64,000 bases of DNA from Tubiluchus corallicola (taxonomy: Eukaryota > Animalia > Priapulida): contig JAQGDQ010000033.1 in NCBI GenBank assembly GCA_030141605.1, forward strand, positions 1 to 64,000. The letters run 5' to 3'. Shown one piece after another: positions 20,362-32,100 of the stretch (positions within the stretch are counted from its first letter, which is position 1; the number at the start of each line of letters is the position of its first letter). The notes under the pieces are model-generated. The model saw only the letters and a list, made by a program, of their open reading frames with translations. It did no database searches and was not told where the DNA came from. The position numbers and the translations under genes were made by a program.

Positions 20362-23300
20362 TAATATTAATAATAATAATAATAATAATAATAATCTTTA
20401 TATAAAGTCGGCTTTTTGGTTCAAATATTAACATAAGATTCAATGGGCTTTTGGACCGATTGTAAATGACAAACTACACCTGCATAACAGAGAACTATCA
20501 TTACCCCAATTTTGCCCTAAATACCAGGCGTCAGGCAGGGTAACAGCATGTAGCATTTTTAAAGTGTTTGGTCTGACCCGTCCGCGGTATCGAACTCACG
20601 ACCTATCAGACAGAAAGTGAACACGTTACCACTAGACTAAACCCATCTGGTGCGAATAGATCCATATACTGATACCACATCAAAGATACGAGTTCAGTTC
20701 AGTTTCGTTCATTTTAGCATTTAGTAGCCCTATGTGTAAATTAATGCAGTATAAACGAATATAGATAGACAGTTTTTATGATCACAACAATATAAAGAAA
20801 AGTGTAAGGGATTAGCTAAAACAACTGAGCAGCTAATGTCAGTTACTTACATACTTATATGCTTCTTGGTTATTTCTGAACTTTAAAGGACAGGAAAAGG
20901 GATTCAGGAAGTAGAAAAATCGTCTTAAATTTTATTACCTTACAGCAGTTTTATGCATTTATCGTTATCGCGTTGAAAAGATTTTTTGTTTGTTTTCATT
21001 TTAAACTTCCGGCGACACTGTTCATGACGTCACCAACGCAAACGTAAATCAGGGGAAGAAAAGGAAATGTTAAATTATGTCCCAAAAATCTTTCCGTGCA
21101 AATCTATATTATTTAGCAATTCGCTTACCTGCTGTAAAAGTTTTATGTAACTAGAAATAATAATTTCAAATGTGGCTGGCTCACCCTCCAGTGTGCACCA
21201 CTCACTAACTAAAAAAACATATTTTTAGTCTCATTGACAAAATACAGTAATTTAAAATTTTAGCTAGTTAGTAAGATATGTACTACGAATGCTCTGATTA
21301 TTTTTTTAACTTAACAGAATGTTATCTAAACTTGTTTCAAATAACTTATCGTCAAAATGGCTGCATTTAACAGTCATCACGGGAGTTTAAATTTACAAGC
21401 TTTATACAGCATTACTGCATACGTAAGCCCTGCATGCAAAAAGGCAGTATGTAAGTGATTTAAAATTTCAAGGCGAATTTTTAGGCTTTATTTATTTGTA
21501 AGGGATTCTTGTGATTTAAGAAGAAATTTCAGAAATTTAAAGTAACTAAATAAGGTTTAGGTAATTAATGATTAGTAATTAGTATTTATACGTTATAATT
21601 ACAGGTAAAACTGTCATAGAAAAGCTTCTCAGGTGTTGCCCGGATGTAAACAAAATTTTTCTGCTGCTCAGAGAAAAGAAAAACCAAACGCCAGTGCAGA
21701 GATTAGAAAAACTCTTAGAAGCAGAGGTACGCGAATATAAATATAAACTTTTTTATTACAGGCACTTAAAAACAATTATAGGTAAAACATCACAACTTTA
21801 TTAAAATTTTTAATTTACATAGTTAAAAATCATGTCAAAAGTTTCAACAGAGCTACTGCTGTCATCATCAGTGGTAAATGTTCACAAACGTACAACGAGT
21901 TTTATATAGGCAGAGCCTACAGTATAGAACTTTATGCACTAATTATACATAATTAGTGCGCAATCTAATTAGTTCCTAAGTAAGTCTCCAGACGCGAACT
22001 TGTCTCGTAGGCATCATAAGAAGGTATGCATACCTGAGTTCTTGTAACCAATGCTAAGATATCTCATTAAAGATAGTTCGTTCATACAGCGACAAACCTC
22101 GAGGATTACACAACTCCGAATGGTAGAGTCTAGGTAAGAATACCAACATCCAAACACAGCACATCAGAGCATGTGGCAGGCTCTGTCAAGACTGGCTTAA
22201 CTACTCAAAGCCAACAGGTTAGTCTATGCTTCAATGTTGACAAAGCTGCAGCACTATTGTAAGCTTTTAACAGTAGCCAACAGATGGCAGATGAAACACT
22301 ACTCAAAGCCAACAGGTTAGTCTATGCTTCAATGTTGACAAAGCTGCAGCACTATTGTAAGCTTTTAACAGTAGCCAACAGATGGCAGATGAAACACTAC
22401 TCAAAGCCAACAGGTTAGTCTATGCTTCAATGTTGACAAAGCTGCAGCACTATTATAAGCTTTTTACAGTCGCTAACAGATGGCAGATGAATCATTACTC
22501 AAAGCCAACAGGTTAGTCTATGCTTCAATGTTGACAAAGCTGCAGCACTATTATAAGCTTTTTACAGTCGCTAACAGATGGCAGATGAATCATTACTCAA
22601 AGCCAACAGGTTAGTCTATGCTTCAATGTTGACAAAGCTGCAGCACTATTATAAACTTTTAACAGTAGCCAACAGATGGCAGATGAATCACAACTCAAAG
22701 CCAACAGGTTAGTCTATGCTTCAATGTTGACAAAGCTGCAGCACTATTGTAAGCTTTTAACAGTAGCCAACAGATGGCAGATGAAACACTACTCAAAGCC
22801 AACAGGTTAGTCTATGCTTCAATGTTGACAAAGCTGCAGCACTATTATAAGCTTTTAACAGTAGCCAACAGATGGCAGATGAATCACTACTCAAAGCCAA
22901 CAGGTTAGTCTATGCTTCAATGTGACAAAGCTGTAGCACTATTATAAGCTTTTAACAGTAGCCAGCAGATGGCAGCAGCCAGCAGGGCAGAACCAGCTAA
23001 TAGTTTATATATTACTACGAATTAGTCATTATGCCAATTTTTTATAGACAACATTAACTGTACCATAATAAGAACAACACAACGACGCTTAGACCACAGA
23101 CTCTATCCACATAAACTGTCTCAGTCATCAGGAGGAACCTGACTAATATTCGCCCTCCGGACGCTGATCAGATCCAATGCCCAAATATAGTCAGGCACGA
23201 GTCAGATGTTCACATAACATAATATTATAACATGCAGAAGGTTATGAGTTTCGACCTCATTATTTATTTATTTATTTATTATTTATTATTAGCCAGAAAA

Positions 23301-23796
23301 ATAAATAGATACATTCGATACATGAGTAAAAGTAAATAGTAAAATAATCACGTCATCCATCCGGTGGCGATATGAAATGGAACAGTCGTGAAAGTAGTTT
23401 TTTCATTTTTTCAACACATTACAAACCTTGTCATCTTATTTCAGTTGTTCGATACGTTGAAGGCAGAAAATCCGGGCGTTTTCGACAAGTTGTCTTTGAT
23501 CCCTGGAGACATCACGGAAGAAAGACTGGGGCTCAGTGACCAAGACCGCCATATTCTCACAGACAACGTTCATGTGATCATACACGTGGCGGCCTCTATC
23601 AATTTCACCGAACCTCTGAGGTGGGTAAATGTTAGAATTGTTACTGACGAATAACGCTGATGACCATGCTGTTGTTGTTGTTGTTGATGATGATGATGAC
23701 GACGACGACGACGACGACGATGGTGATGATGATGACGACGACGACGACGACGATGATGATGATGATGATGAAGAAGAAGAAGAAGAAGAAGAAGAA

Positions 23797-23829
<33 letters not shown>

Positions 23830-23848
23830 CATGATCATGATGATGATC

Positions 23849-23888
<40 letters not shown>

Positions 23889-24265
23889 CGACGATGATGA
23901 TGATGATGATGAAGAAGAAGATGATGATGACGATGATGATGATGATGATGATGAAGAAGAAGAAGAAGAAGATGATGATGATGATGATGATTATGATGAT
24001 GATGATGATGAGCAAAAAGAAAAAGACGTTAATGACATACATAAATACAAACTTTACACAATTACACAAAAAATAAAAACAACTGTTTGTACAAAATTGT
24101 GTACAAACAAACAAATACATCAAAATGTACAAGATATAAAAGATGCCAACGACAATCTCTAGAGTTTTACGCTTTTTTGTTTTTCTTTGCAGTAATGCTT
24201 TAAGAACAAATGTGTTTGCTGTCAAAGATGTCATAGATCTGTGCAAGGAATGCAAAATCCTAGAG
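19465..24265 (+). CDS. FAR1: Fatty acyl-CoA reductase (FAR, NAD_binding_4), N-terminal 149 codons only; no further exons found
   Basis: Exons 19465-19540, 21605-21726, 23445-23620, 24193-24265, all GT-AG and in phase. Translation [40 protein letters not shown]...IPGDITEERLGLS...IIHVAASINFTEPLSNALRTNV...CKECKILE. Family is clear; FAR1 orthology is not established. Confidence 0.85.
19638..19948. mobile_element. Palindromic element with two outward-facing tRNA(Thr-UGU)-derived arms
   Basis: Arms at ~19710-19782 (-) and ~19849-19914 (+) each show an A-box-like GTGGTCTAAG, an anticodon arm around CTTGTAA and a B-box-like GGTTCAAA. Inner and outer flanks are also inverted. Confidence 0.65.
19987..20395. 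repeat. (AATGAT)n + (AAT)n microsatellite, continuous with a SINE tail
   Basis: About 59 perfect hexamers followed by an AAT run. Confidence 0.98.
20396..20652 (-). mobile_element. tRNA-derived SINE, central domain resembling the MetaSINE core
   Basis: Minus strand: tagtctagtggt (A box), gagttcgatacc (B box), then gggtcagaccaaacactttaaaaatgctacatgctgttaccctgcctgacgc, ending in (ATT)n. The superfamily name is from recall only. Confidence 0.7.
21180..21475 (+). repeat. Dispersed repeat copy homologous to 6105-6320, carrying a single 43-bp-array-like unit
   Basis: ccagtgtgcaccact..cattgac..gtaattt..ctacgaatg..caagct..atacag..ttactgc..aaatttca is collinear in both places. Confidence 0.7.
21783..21950 (-). 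mobile_element. Second Penelope-like pseudo-LTR fragment with hammerhead-like core (21833-21876)
   Basis: Collinear with 11612-11760. Minus strand CTGATGA-T-GACAG(cagtagct)CTGTT-GAAAC-TTT-TGACA. Confidence 0.65.
22200..22975. repeat. 98-bp tandem array, ~8 copies, in FAR intron 2
   Basis: Unit CTACTCAAAGCCAACAGGTTAGTCTATGCTTCAATGTTGACAAAGCTGCAGCACTATT...GATGGCAGATGAAACA. Period 98 (22201 vs 22299). Confidence 0.96.
23668..24012. repeat. (GAT/GAC/GAA)n compound microsatellite in FAR intron 3
   Basis: Lies between the donor at 23621 and the acceptor at 24192. Confidence 0.95.
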
Positions 24266-24311
24266 GTAAAATGATAAGAAATCATAAGTTTAAACAAGTT
24301 CGACACGACCT

Positions 24312-24783
24312 ATTGGTCGAGGGACTTGCAGAACTCAAAATCATGGATTAGAAATGTCACTAACGCCCCATCTTGAATTTAAGATGTCAAACAAAAAATG
24401 CGACGCTGCCAAACAATGTAAAAATCGTCCATGCTATATTTCCTTGCGATCCGTTCTCTGGTTGTAAATTTGTGGAGCCTCAGGCTTTTTTGGATATAGT
24501 TTTATCGCCGCCATCTTGAATTCAAAAGGGCGGATCAAAAATCTGACTGCGCCAGTCTAGCATATTCGTGTAATGTTTCATGATGATTCACGATAAAGTC
24601 ATGACAAAATTTCACGACAAAGTCAGGGAGCCTTTTACATGTAATGCGTAATGCGTGATCTGTGATCCTCAATGCGTGATGCGTACTGACTGTTTCCAAG
24701 TGTCTATAAACGCTACGCGACACAACAAGAACAACAACAATATCCAGATGAGTAGCGATTTGGGTAGAGTCCCTCGACCAAAA
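24312..24783. mobile_element. Non-autonomous element with (sub)terminal inverted repeats
   Basis: ttggtcgagggact ... agtccctcgaccaa, with an internal direct repeat ccatcttgaatt. Confidence 0.6.
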
Positions 24784-27420
24784 ATGTTTTGTATGCATAG
24801 AGTTCAGTAAGCGTTTAGATTAAACCTTTCGGATCTAAGTCTCTAGTTTTGTCTTTTTCTCTTTTTACATTGAAGGCTTGTTCATTTATTGTAAATAAAA
24901 CCTCAGAGGATAAAATTTATTGATCAAAGCAAGTGACATAATTATGTATATATACATACACAATTCAGGCAACATAATGTATTATAAATATATGCAATAC
25001 AATACAAGTTTTGTATGTTTACTTATAATCCTGCTGATACGGTATGTTTCCACCAAGCTAGTTCTGTTGCCTATCTAAATATATTTTCTAAGAAATAACA
25101 TGCAATTGTAAAAAAACTATATCAGGCTGGATTCCAAGAATAATTTTTAAATACGTGTATCACACTAAAAAACACATTTGCTGTTGCAATTTTTCAGATC
25201 ATTTCAGTAAGAGTATTATTGTCTGAGGCTGAAATTAGTTTGTTTCAAGATGAGCAAAATCTGGAACAAAACAGTTGTCAATTACCTGATTTTATATTTT
25301 TATCAAAAATCTAGTTAACGAGTTGCTTAGTACGTTGAAAGTCAATCATTGAGATAAGTATCAACGCGAGCTAAATCCTTCTTAACTAATTTTAATTCAA
25401 ACAGCCAGCCCTGAATTATTATTTCGTGACATGTTTAATCTAAACAGTGATTTCGCCTCACAGCGAATATTACTTTTTCTGGCAGTACTCAGATTTTGAG
25501 TCATCGTCACGTAACTGCTCTGTAGCTTGATTGCGAAAGTTGACGCATTTCGATCAACAGACTTGCGTGAGTACCAAAGACAGCGGAGACGTTTTTCATA
25601 AGTCCGCCGATATCCGATATTTTACTATCCGTAAGGTGACGTTTATGCAGGATCCGGATGCGTTTTGCACTGCGGAAAAAAATCAATAGGAACAGCTGCA
25701 GAAGAAGAATAAAGGCACGTTGATACATTGGGCGCTTTCCTGCGCGAAAGAAAATACAAAGCGGTTTTTACATAACTTCCACGCCACTTTCAGAAACGCA
25801 TGATGTCGTTCGTTGTAGATGAAATGTTGGCACTCTATTTATTACACAGGCCAAATCGTAAAATTGATAGAAGGCACAGGCGTACATCAGTGTATGAAGT
25901 ATTGCAAAAAAGACCATTAAGCACGTGTGTAGAGATCTCTTTTTTCAGCTAAAGCAGCGCCCTTGCCGATTAACGTATTAACAAAGCCCGTTTCTGATTG
26001 GTTTGTTACGGGAAAACTGCGCGGGCGATTAATTTGGTCACACGGTATCCCGCATTACGTATAAACGATGTCCTTTGAAATAACATAGAGCATTTACAGC
26101 GGGTGTGTAGAAAACAATACAAACCGATTTTATCTATTCCCCAACCACAAAACGTATCGCATGCTACATAAACGCCACTTTAAGGAACATTTGCCTACAA
26201 TTTAAAAGGTTAGGCCTTAAATACTGTGAGGCCTTTGGTATCCTGAGACTGACAACCGATTAAGCGGAGATAATGTTAATTAGTAAACAACTATACAACA
26301 TAACTAAAATCTATAAACTGAACACGAAAGACAAGGATATTAATTTTGACTTTCTTTTTTGTGTAAATTTATTTAAACGGAGCACAAAAAACAAGGATAT
26401 TGCCTTTCTTTTTCGTGTATTACCGGCAAGCACTTGATCGATGGAGCCTGCATGTATTGGAACAGCATTAGACCCACATATTTGTCACACAGGCCATTTA
26501 GATACAAAAACTTGACACTTGTTAGAGTAGCACATTTAGATATGTGCACTGTGTAGCATGCTTCTTGTTCTTCAATCTTTCTTCATCAGAAGTAACCTCA
26601 GTGATGATAAGCAACTCGCCTTTTAACCCAGGCGAACATCCGTGACAAACAGAATCATTTCTATTCATCATGTGTAACGCACAAGCTCTTGATAAGTCTA
26701 TTCATAAATTGAAGAACTCCATAATATTTTTAACAGTTTCTGCTAAGTTTGGTGGCGATCTAACCTATGCATGAGTCTGATATTTTATTTTTAAGCTAAT
26801 TTGGGTGCAGTTCTGTGCTCAAATTTTCGCGTGTGCATATCGGGATCAGCAGTATAGCACTTGATGCAGAGTTATGCATAGCCTAAACGTTTAGGCCCTG
26901 TGTTTGTGGGACAGCCTTAGGAAACCGTGAAACCCTTAATACGTCCCTGCCGATACAAATATAATCCAATAAGAAAAAACTTAGTGTCAATAATTTATTG
27001 TTATTTACTTGGCTTTTGGGCTTAGCTGTTACTGAGTCCGCCGTTCGCAAGAGGAGATGTGTGAGCAATCCGCATAAAATATTGTACCGTCCGCAAAAAT
27101 CCACGGATTTTGACTTCGCTCTTTTTCGATAGGTACTATACCTTGTTTTGTGATTATCGGACGTGATATGTAAAGAATTTCTCGCCGCTGTATAGTCCTT
27201 AAACTAGTTAAAGGTACAATAACTACCTATTGCATTTCTGCATCTTAAGTGGTATAAAGTTGGCAAGTAGTATAAAGTTGACAGGTCAACAGATTTAAAA
27301 TTAATTACGTTGTGAAGTGGTTACAACTAACTGCAACTGCTGACTTGAGAAAAAAGATCGGTTTACACTATGCGATTTTTGGCAGTGACTGTAAAAATCT
27401 AAATTAATCTAATGTAATTA

Positions 27421-27690
27421 AAATGGAGAAGATTAAGATAGATAAGACATGTTGTGCGACAGTCCATTAACGTTAGCTTTCAAAGAAGCACTGCAGAAAG
27501 AAAAGGAACCTCAAGGAGGACAGCTACTGACTTATATCAATTTCATCCAAAAAGATCTTATCACCACACCATTACTGGCATTAGATATCAAAAATACAGA
27601 GACGTCGAAGGTTGCGGGTGACAGGGCAGCTTGGAGTAAAGTGATCAGGAGGGTGATGTCAAACGACGTGTGACTCCAGAGATGATGAGT
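27421..27690 (+). mobile_element. Degenerate RTE-like LINE 3' remnant
   Basis: KWRRLR*IRHVVR...PQGGQLLTYINFIQKDL...AGDRAAWSKVI resembles the RTE C-terminus (RRLRWLGHV..R..A.DR..W). Confidence 0.55.
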
Positions 27691-29110
27691 TTATTAGTTT
27701 TAATCACTATAATCAGGCTCGAGCCTCCACTCATAGATGTATAATATTATCTAGTTGATTAATTTTAAGATTATTGTATGCACGATAAACATAATGATAA
27801 TTTTGATCATTTGACTAGCTAATTAATGTTTTGTCAGAAGGAGAGAGGTGGCAAATAACCTTACTGTCAAGTAAGACAGCCACCGCTTTTTACAAATTTG
27901 ACACCTTTAGTACAAAACTGGATTAAAATATATTTATAATACTATTGTTTTCCAAAATTTGATCGTTGAATTAACAAAATGTAATTCTATGCCTCCTGTA
28001 TTGCTCAGAGAAAACTCCAGTTTGTCTGCATACATTTAGGTGAATTTACAATTGCAAAGGCCGGCGGTCTGTGTTTTCAGTTAGTAGTAAATTTCTACAT
28101 TTTTCTCATACTTTCACAAATTGTTTTTCAGACATTTGTTATTGGTCTGCTTCCTTCGAACAGTGTTTCACGGCTTACCTGTTCAGCTTGAAACATCTTA
28201 CTTTTTCATCTCTCTTTTTAATTTAAGGGATTTACCACGAAGAGTAGGCATCCTATCTTGCATAATGGGCTGTGTGGGGCATCCCTATAAATTCCTACAA
28301 TTTGCCTCTTGTTCATAATTTTATTTGAACTTTCATTGTTGTGCATTTATACTATCTTACATTACAACCAGATATGTCTTCTTTCTGTACCATTTATTTT
28401 TAGAAACCCTGCTGTTTCTTGCTCATATGGTACATTTACTTTTCTCTGTATGACCTATTTCATTGTTTTCTTAGCCTATTGATTATTTTAACTTTATCCT
28501 CTTTGGTGTCGTACTTTTACTTTATTTTATTATTTCGTTAGTTCTTTGTGCAATTATTTGGGTATCCATTTGTACTGCTGTTTTTACCATTATGCCTGGC
28601 AGCTCTCACCAGAGTATTATAGTGTTAAATATGCATGATTAATCAAGAGACATTGCATTCAGAATGTGCAAAACATGTGCTGGTTCTCATATGTTGGCAA
28701 AAAGATATTAATATTCCGGCACTTTCATCACCGAATCCACTGCAATGGCCAAATCTTCATATATTCGACTATGGGCATTTGCTACACATTCCAGATGAAT
28801 GTGAACATGATCCATTTTTGCACTTAAGCAGTTTTATATTCTAAGAATTTTACATAAAGATTGTTAGCAGGCTGACTGCACGTTCATATGTATTTGAGAT
28901 CAGTAGAATGTACCTCAAATGCTGACAGTTGAATATACAATAATGTAGCAATTGCAGTAGATTCAGTAATGATAAGACTGGAATATACATCTTATCTTTA
29001 TCTTTAAAATATCAATGAGTAGTGGCTGTAACACTGTGCAGTTTGCTTTAGGAAAAATTATCATTTTGGAATTACTGCAGGCATTTCCACTGACCAAAAA
29101 GTATTTAAAC

Positions 29111-32100
29111 ATGGCTACTGCTAGTCCACAATACATTGCTCGCTCTGGATGGTTATGGAGACAAAGTAAGTTCATTTGATACCCACTTATTAATTCATAT
29201 TACATTGTAAGTTTCTACTTGATTTGTATTTTGTAGACCTGAAGTTAAAGTGTGAAAGCACTCCATGTTTTTTTCACAAGGACCCCAGTCATGTAGTCAT
29301 TTTTTATATTTGTGCTGTTGTCTTTTGTGTTAATCTACATTAGAGCACTCACAGTCACTGAGTCTTTCTTAATGAAATGGAAATGCAGTCTGTTGTAGAA
29401 GAGTAATATTTCCTGATGGTTTGTGCTCTAGGTACATTTTTAAAGAAATGGAAACGGGTGTATTTTATCTTGACTACTACTGGTGATTTAAGTTACTATG
29501 AGTCTTCGGGAGATCAAACTCCAAAGTCTACTTTTAGACTGAATTCTGACACTAGTAGACTTGCTATGGGGAAACAGGTATTTAAATTAAATGAATTTGC
29601 TATTACATTTACTGTAGTTTTGGCATGATTAGCCCACATTCCCAGAAAATGATTAGAATCTCAGACCTAGTGTGACCTGATGTACGATGGTTGATTTGTG
29701 AAGATTAATATACTGTAGCATCAGGAGTTAGATATTTTCGAGCTTGGTACAGGCATCACACTTGTTCTTAGCTACTGTTGTAAGATGCCTCTTCTAAAAT
29801 TGGCACACAAATCAAGGGCAAACAAGCAAACATAGGACTGGTCAGAAAAGTCAGAACATCAATATGTGTGGTAGGTAATGCTGTATTATGATTGCAAGAA
29901 CTTTCTTTTCTAAAATGCAAAAATGCCACATCAGAGACAAATGATCATGGTAATTTGTTTTTTCTTAAATATGAATCTAAAGCATTTAGAAGATCAATGT
30001 ATATTTTGTCTTTTAGTTGACTGATTTGCATCCTCCAGAGGGAAAATCAAATGACTGTTTACTTAAGATTTCAAATGGCTATGACGCGTGGGTTCTGTGT
30101 GGTGACACAGTGGATGAGACTACGTAAGCCCTTTTCAAAATCCTTCTCTATACTGTAACATGCCTGCTAAATTTAGCTGTTCATACTATTAATCTTTAGA
30201 AAAAATGCCAAAAAATAGATTAATGTGTTTAGTGGCAAATTTTGGTATTATTTAGTTTATGGCATCATGTTCTCATATTAGATTCTTGACATGAGATGAC
30301 CAAAGTCAAAAAAATTGTGAGCAACTATTGAAATGGGTTCAAGTTTGTGTTCTCAATTTTGTCAGCATGCTTGTGTTGCGTGCATGATTTGTATCAAAAG
30401 AGCAAAAATTTCACATTGTCTTTCTTCCTTCAAAAAATCAGAAAGCAGTGCTGCCAAAGGATTGATGTGTACGATTGCTTAGGATTTTTGTTGCTCAGTA
30501 GTCTCCACTTAATAAAACCACCACGGGACCAGCAGCAAATGGTTTTAAGAAACTGCAGTTTTATTATGTGGCAGCCTGTTGTAAGAGCATGTATTTGGAG
30601 AAGGATAGTACATAAACACTTCATTCTAATTAATACTATTGTGACAGTTAAACATTGCCACTTGCTTGCCTACAGAATGACCCAGTCGTACAACAGTGAT
30701 TCGAGTACTAAACAACTATACATACATACCGGTTATAATGAAACAATCAGTTTTAACTTACAGCCTCTTCAGAGGAGAATCTTGGAAATGAGACTTAAGT
30801 TTCAACTGCATATATTAAAAATAAACTAAGTAACAAAAGTACATTTATTTTTTTTATATTGCTATTGCTTTTGCTGCCTATTACTGAAAAATGTTGTCTT
30901 ATTAAATGGTGTGCTGGTTTTAGAAACCGAATTTTTTAACAATAATTTCTATGGGAGTAATGCCAGACCATGCCTGAATGTTTCTAAAATGTGGCTGGTT
31001 TTAATATCACGGTTTTATTAAGCAGCAGCCACTGTATTACAAAAGCTGGCTGTCCAAAGTTGCGCACACACACACCCAACTTTTATGTAATAACATAAAT
31101 TGGTTGGCAAAAATCAATGTTGTATTAGCACTTTAATGGTGATTAGATTTAAACAGGTTCTTCCAGTGGAGATAATTCAGCTGTTTACAACTGCTAATTT
31201 TTAGATATTCTCACTAGTGATAACTATAACACAAGTGGGCGTGCTACAGTGAATTTACACTGTATTTACACTGTGTACGACATGCGTTAAAGACAAGTCC
31301 AACAGTCTTTTAGATGTAATTTTTTATTGTCCAAAAAGGTAAGTCATCGTCTCATTCCAAAATCACATCACATCATGGTATACTTGACTGACTGACTGAC
31401 ATATTATGTGCGACTCGACTTCGTTTTATCTGAAGCAAATAAAAACATTTTCTGCTATTCCAATGTCAAAAAGATAATTAATTGCTATAATGAAAATGTG
31501 TAATATTATTATGAAATATGAAGAATCAAACTTACATCTTTACCGCATCTTACTAACTTACTAAAGAGAAGTCGACTGACAAAATTTTGTTACCAAACCA
31601 CACAACGTACTGAACAAGAATGACTTCTTTCCTATACTGTCTCCAAAATGAGGCCAATGGCCAAGGGTCCTAGGCGGATCACTTGTCGATCAACAGCTTA
31701 ATTTTGCAAAAAACAAACACAAGGAGTCACCATGTGCTTATATCTAAAACATACGCTTAAGGTTGGAATAGTGACTCACCAGGATGTTACTTCGCATTTA
31801 GTAAACAATGCTTTGAAGCTCAATTCATAATAACTTGGCGCAAACTGTGTTTCAGCTTAGAGCTGTTTAATTTGCCTTGAACAGACTTAATCACAGTAAA
31901 TGGATTCTTGACGAATTTATGACTTGTAAAAACTTAGTTCGAGAACCACTGAAATTAAAGTAACAGAACTTTCAATTTTTATTAAGATATGTAACATTGC
32001 ATGACGTAGCACATGAACAACTAGTATAATGCTATAACAAGGGATTTCTTAATGCTTTTTTTCTTATATACTTTATTTTTGCTGTACGTAGCTTCTCTGA

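Noticed and set aside
18802-24306. Poly-D/E, poly-M, poly-I and ND-repeat ORFs (also 7536-7776)
   Set aside because: Microsatellite translations; those at 19964-20443 and 23629-24306 lie inside FAR introns.
24870-25080. Possible FAR exon 5 (gaag|gcttgttca.. or ..YVSTKL..)
   Set aside because: Neither gives the conserved HVSTAY motif with a proper acceptor and a sustained open frame.
25150-26830. Possible DNA-transposon (Kolobok/THAP-like) remnants
   Set aside because: Composition is suggestive, but I could not establish matching TIRs or a recognisable protein motif.
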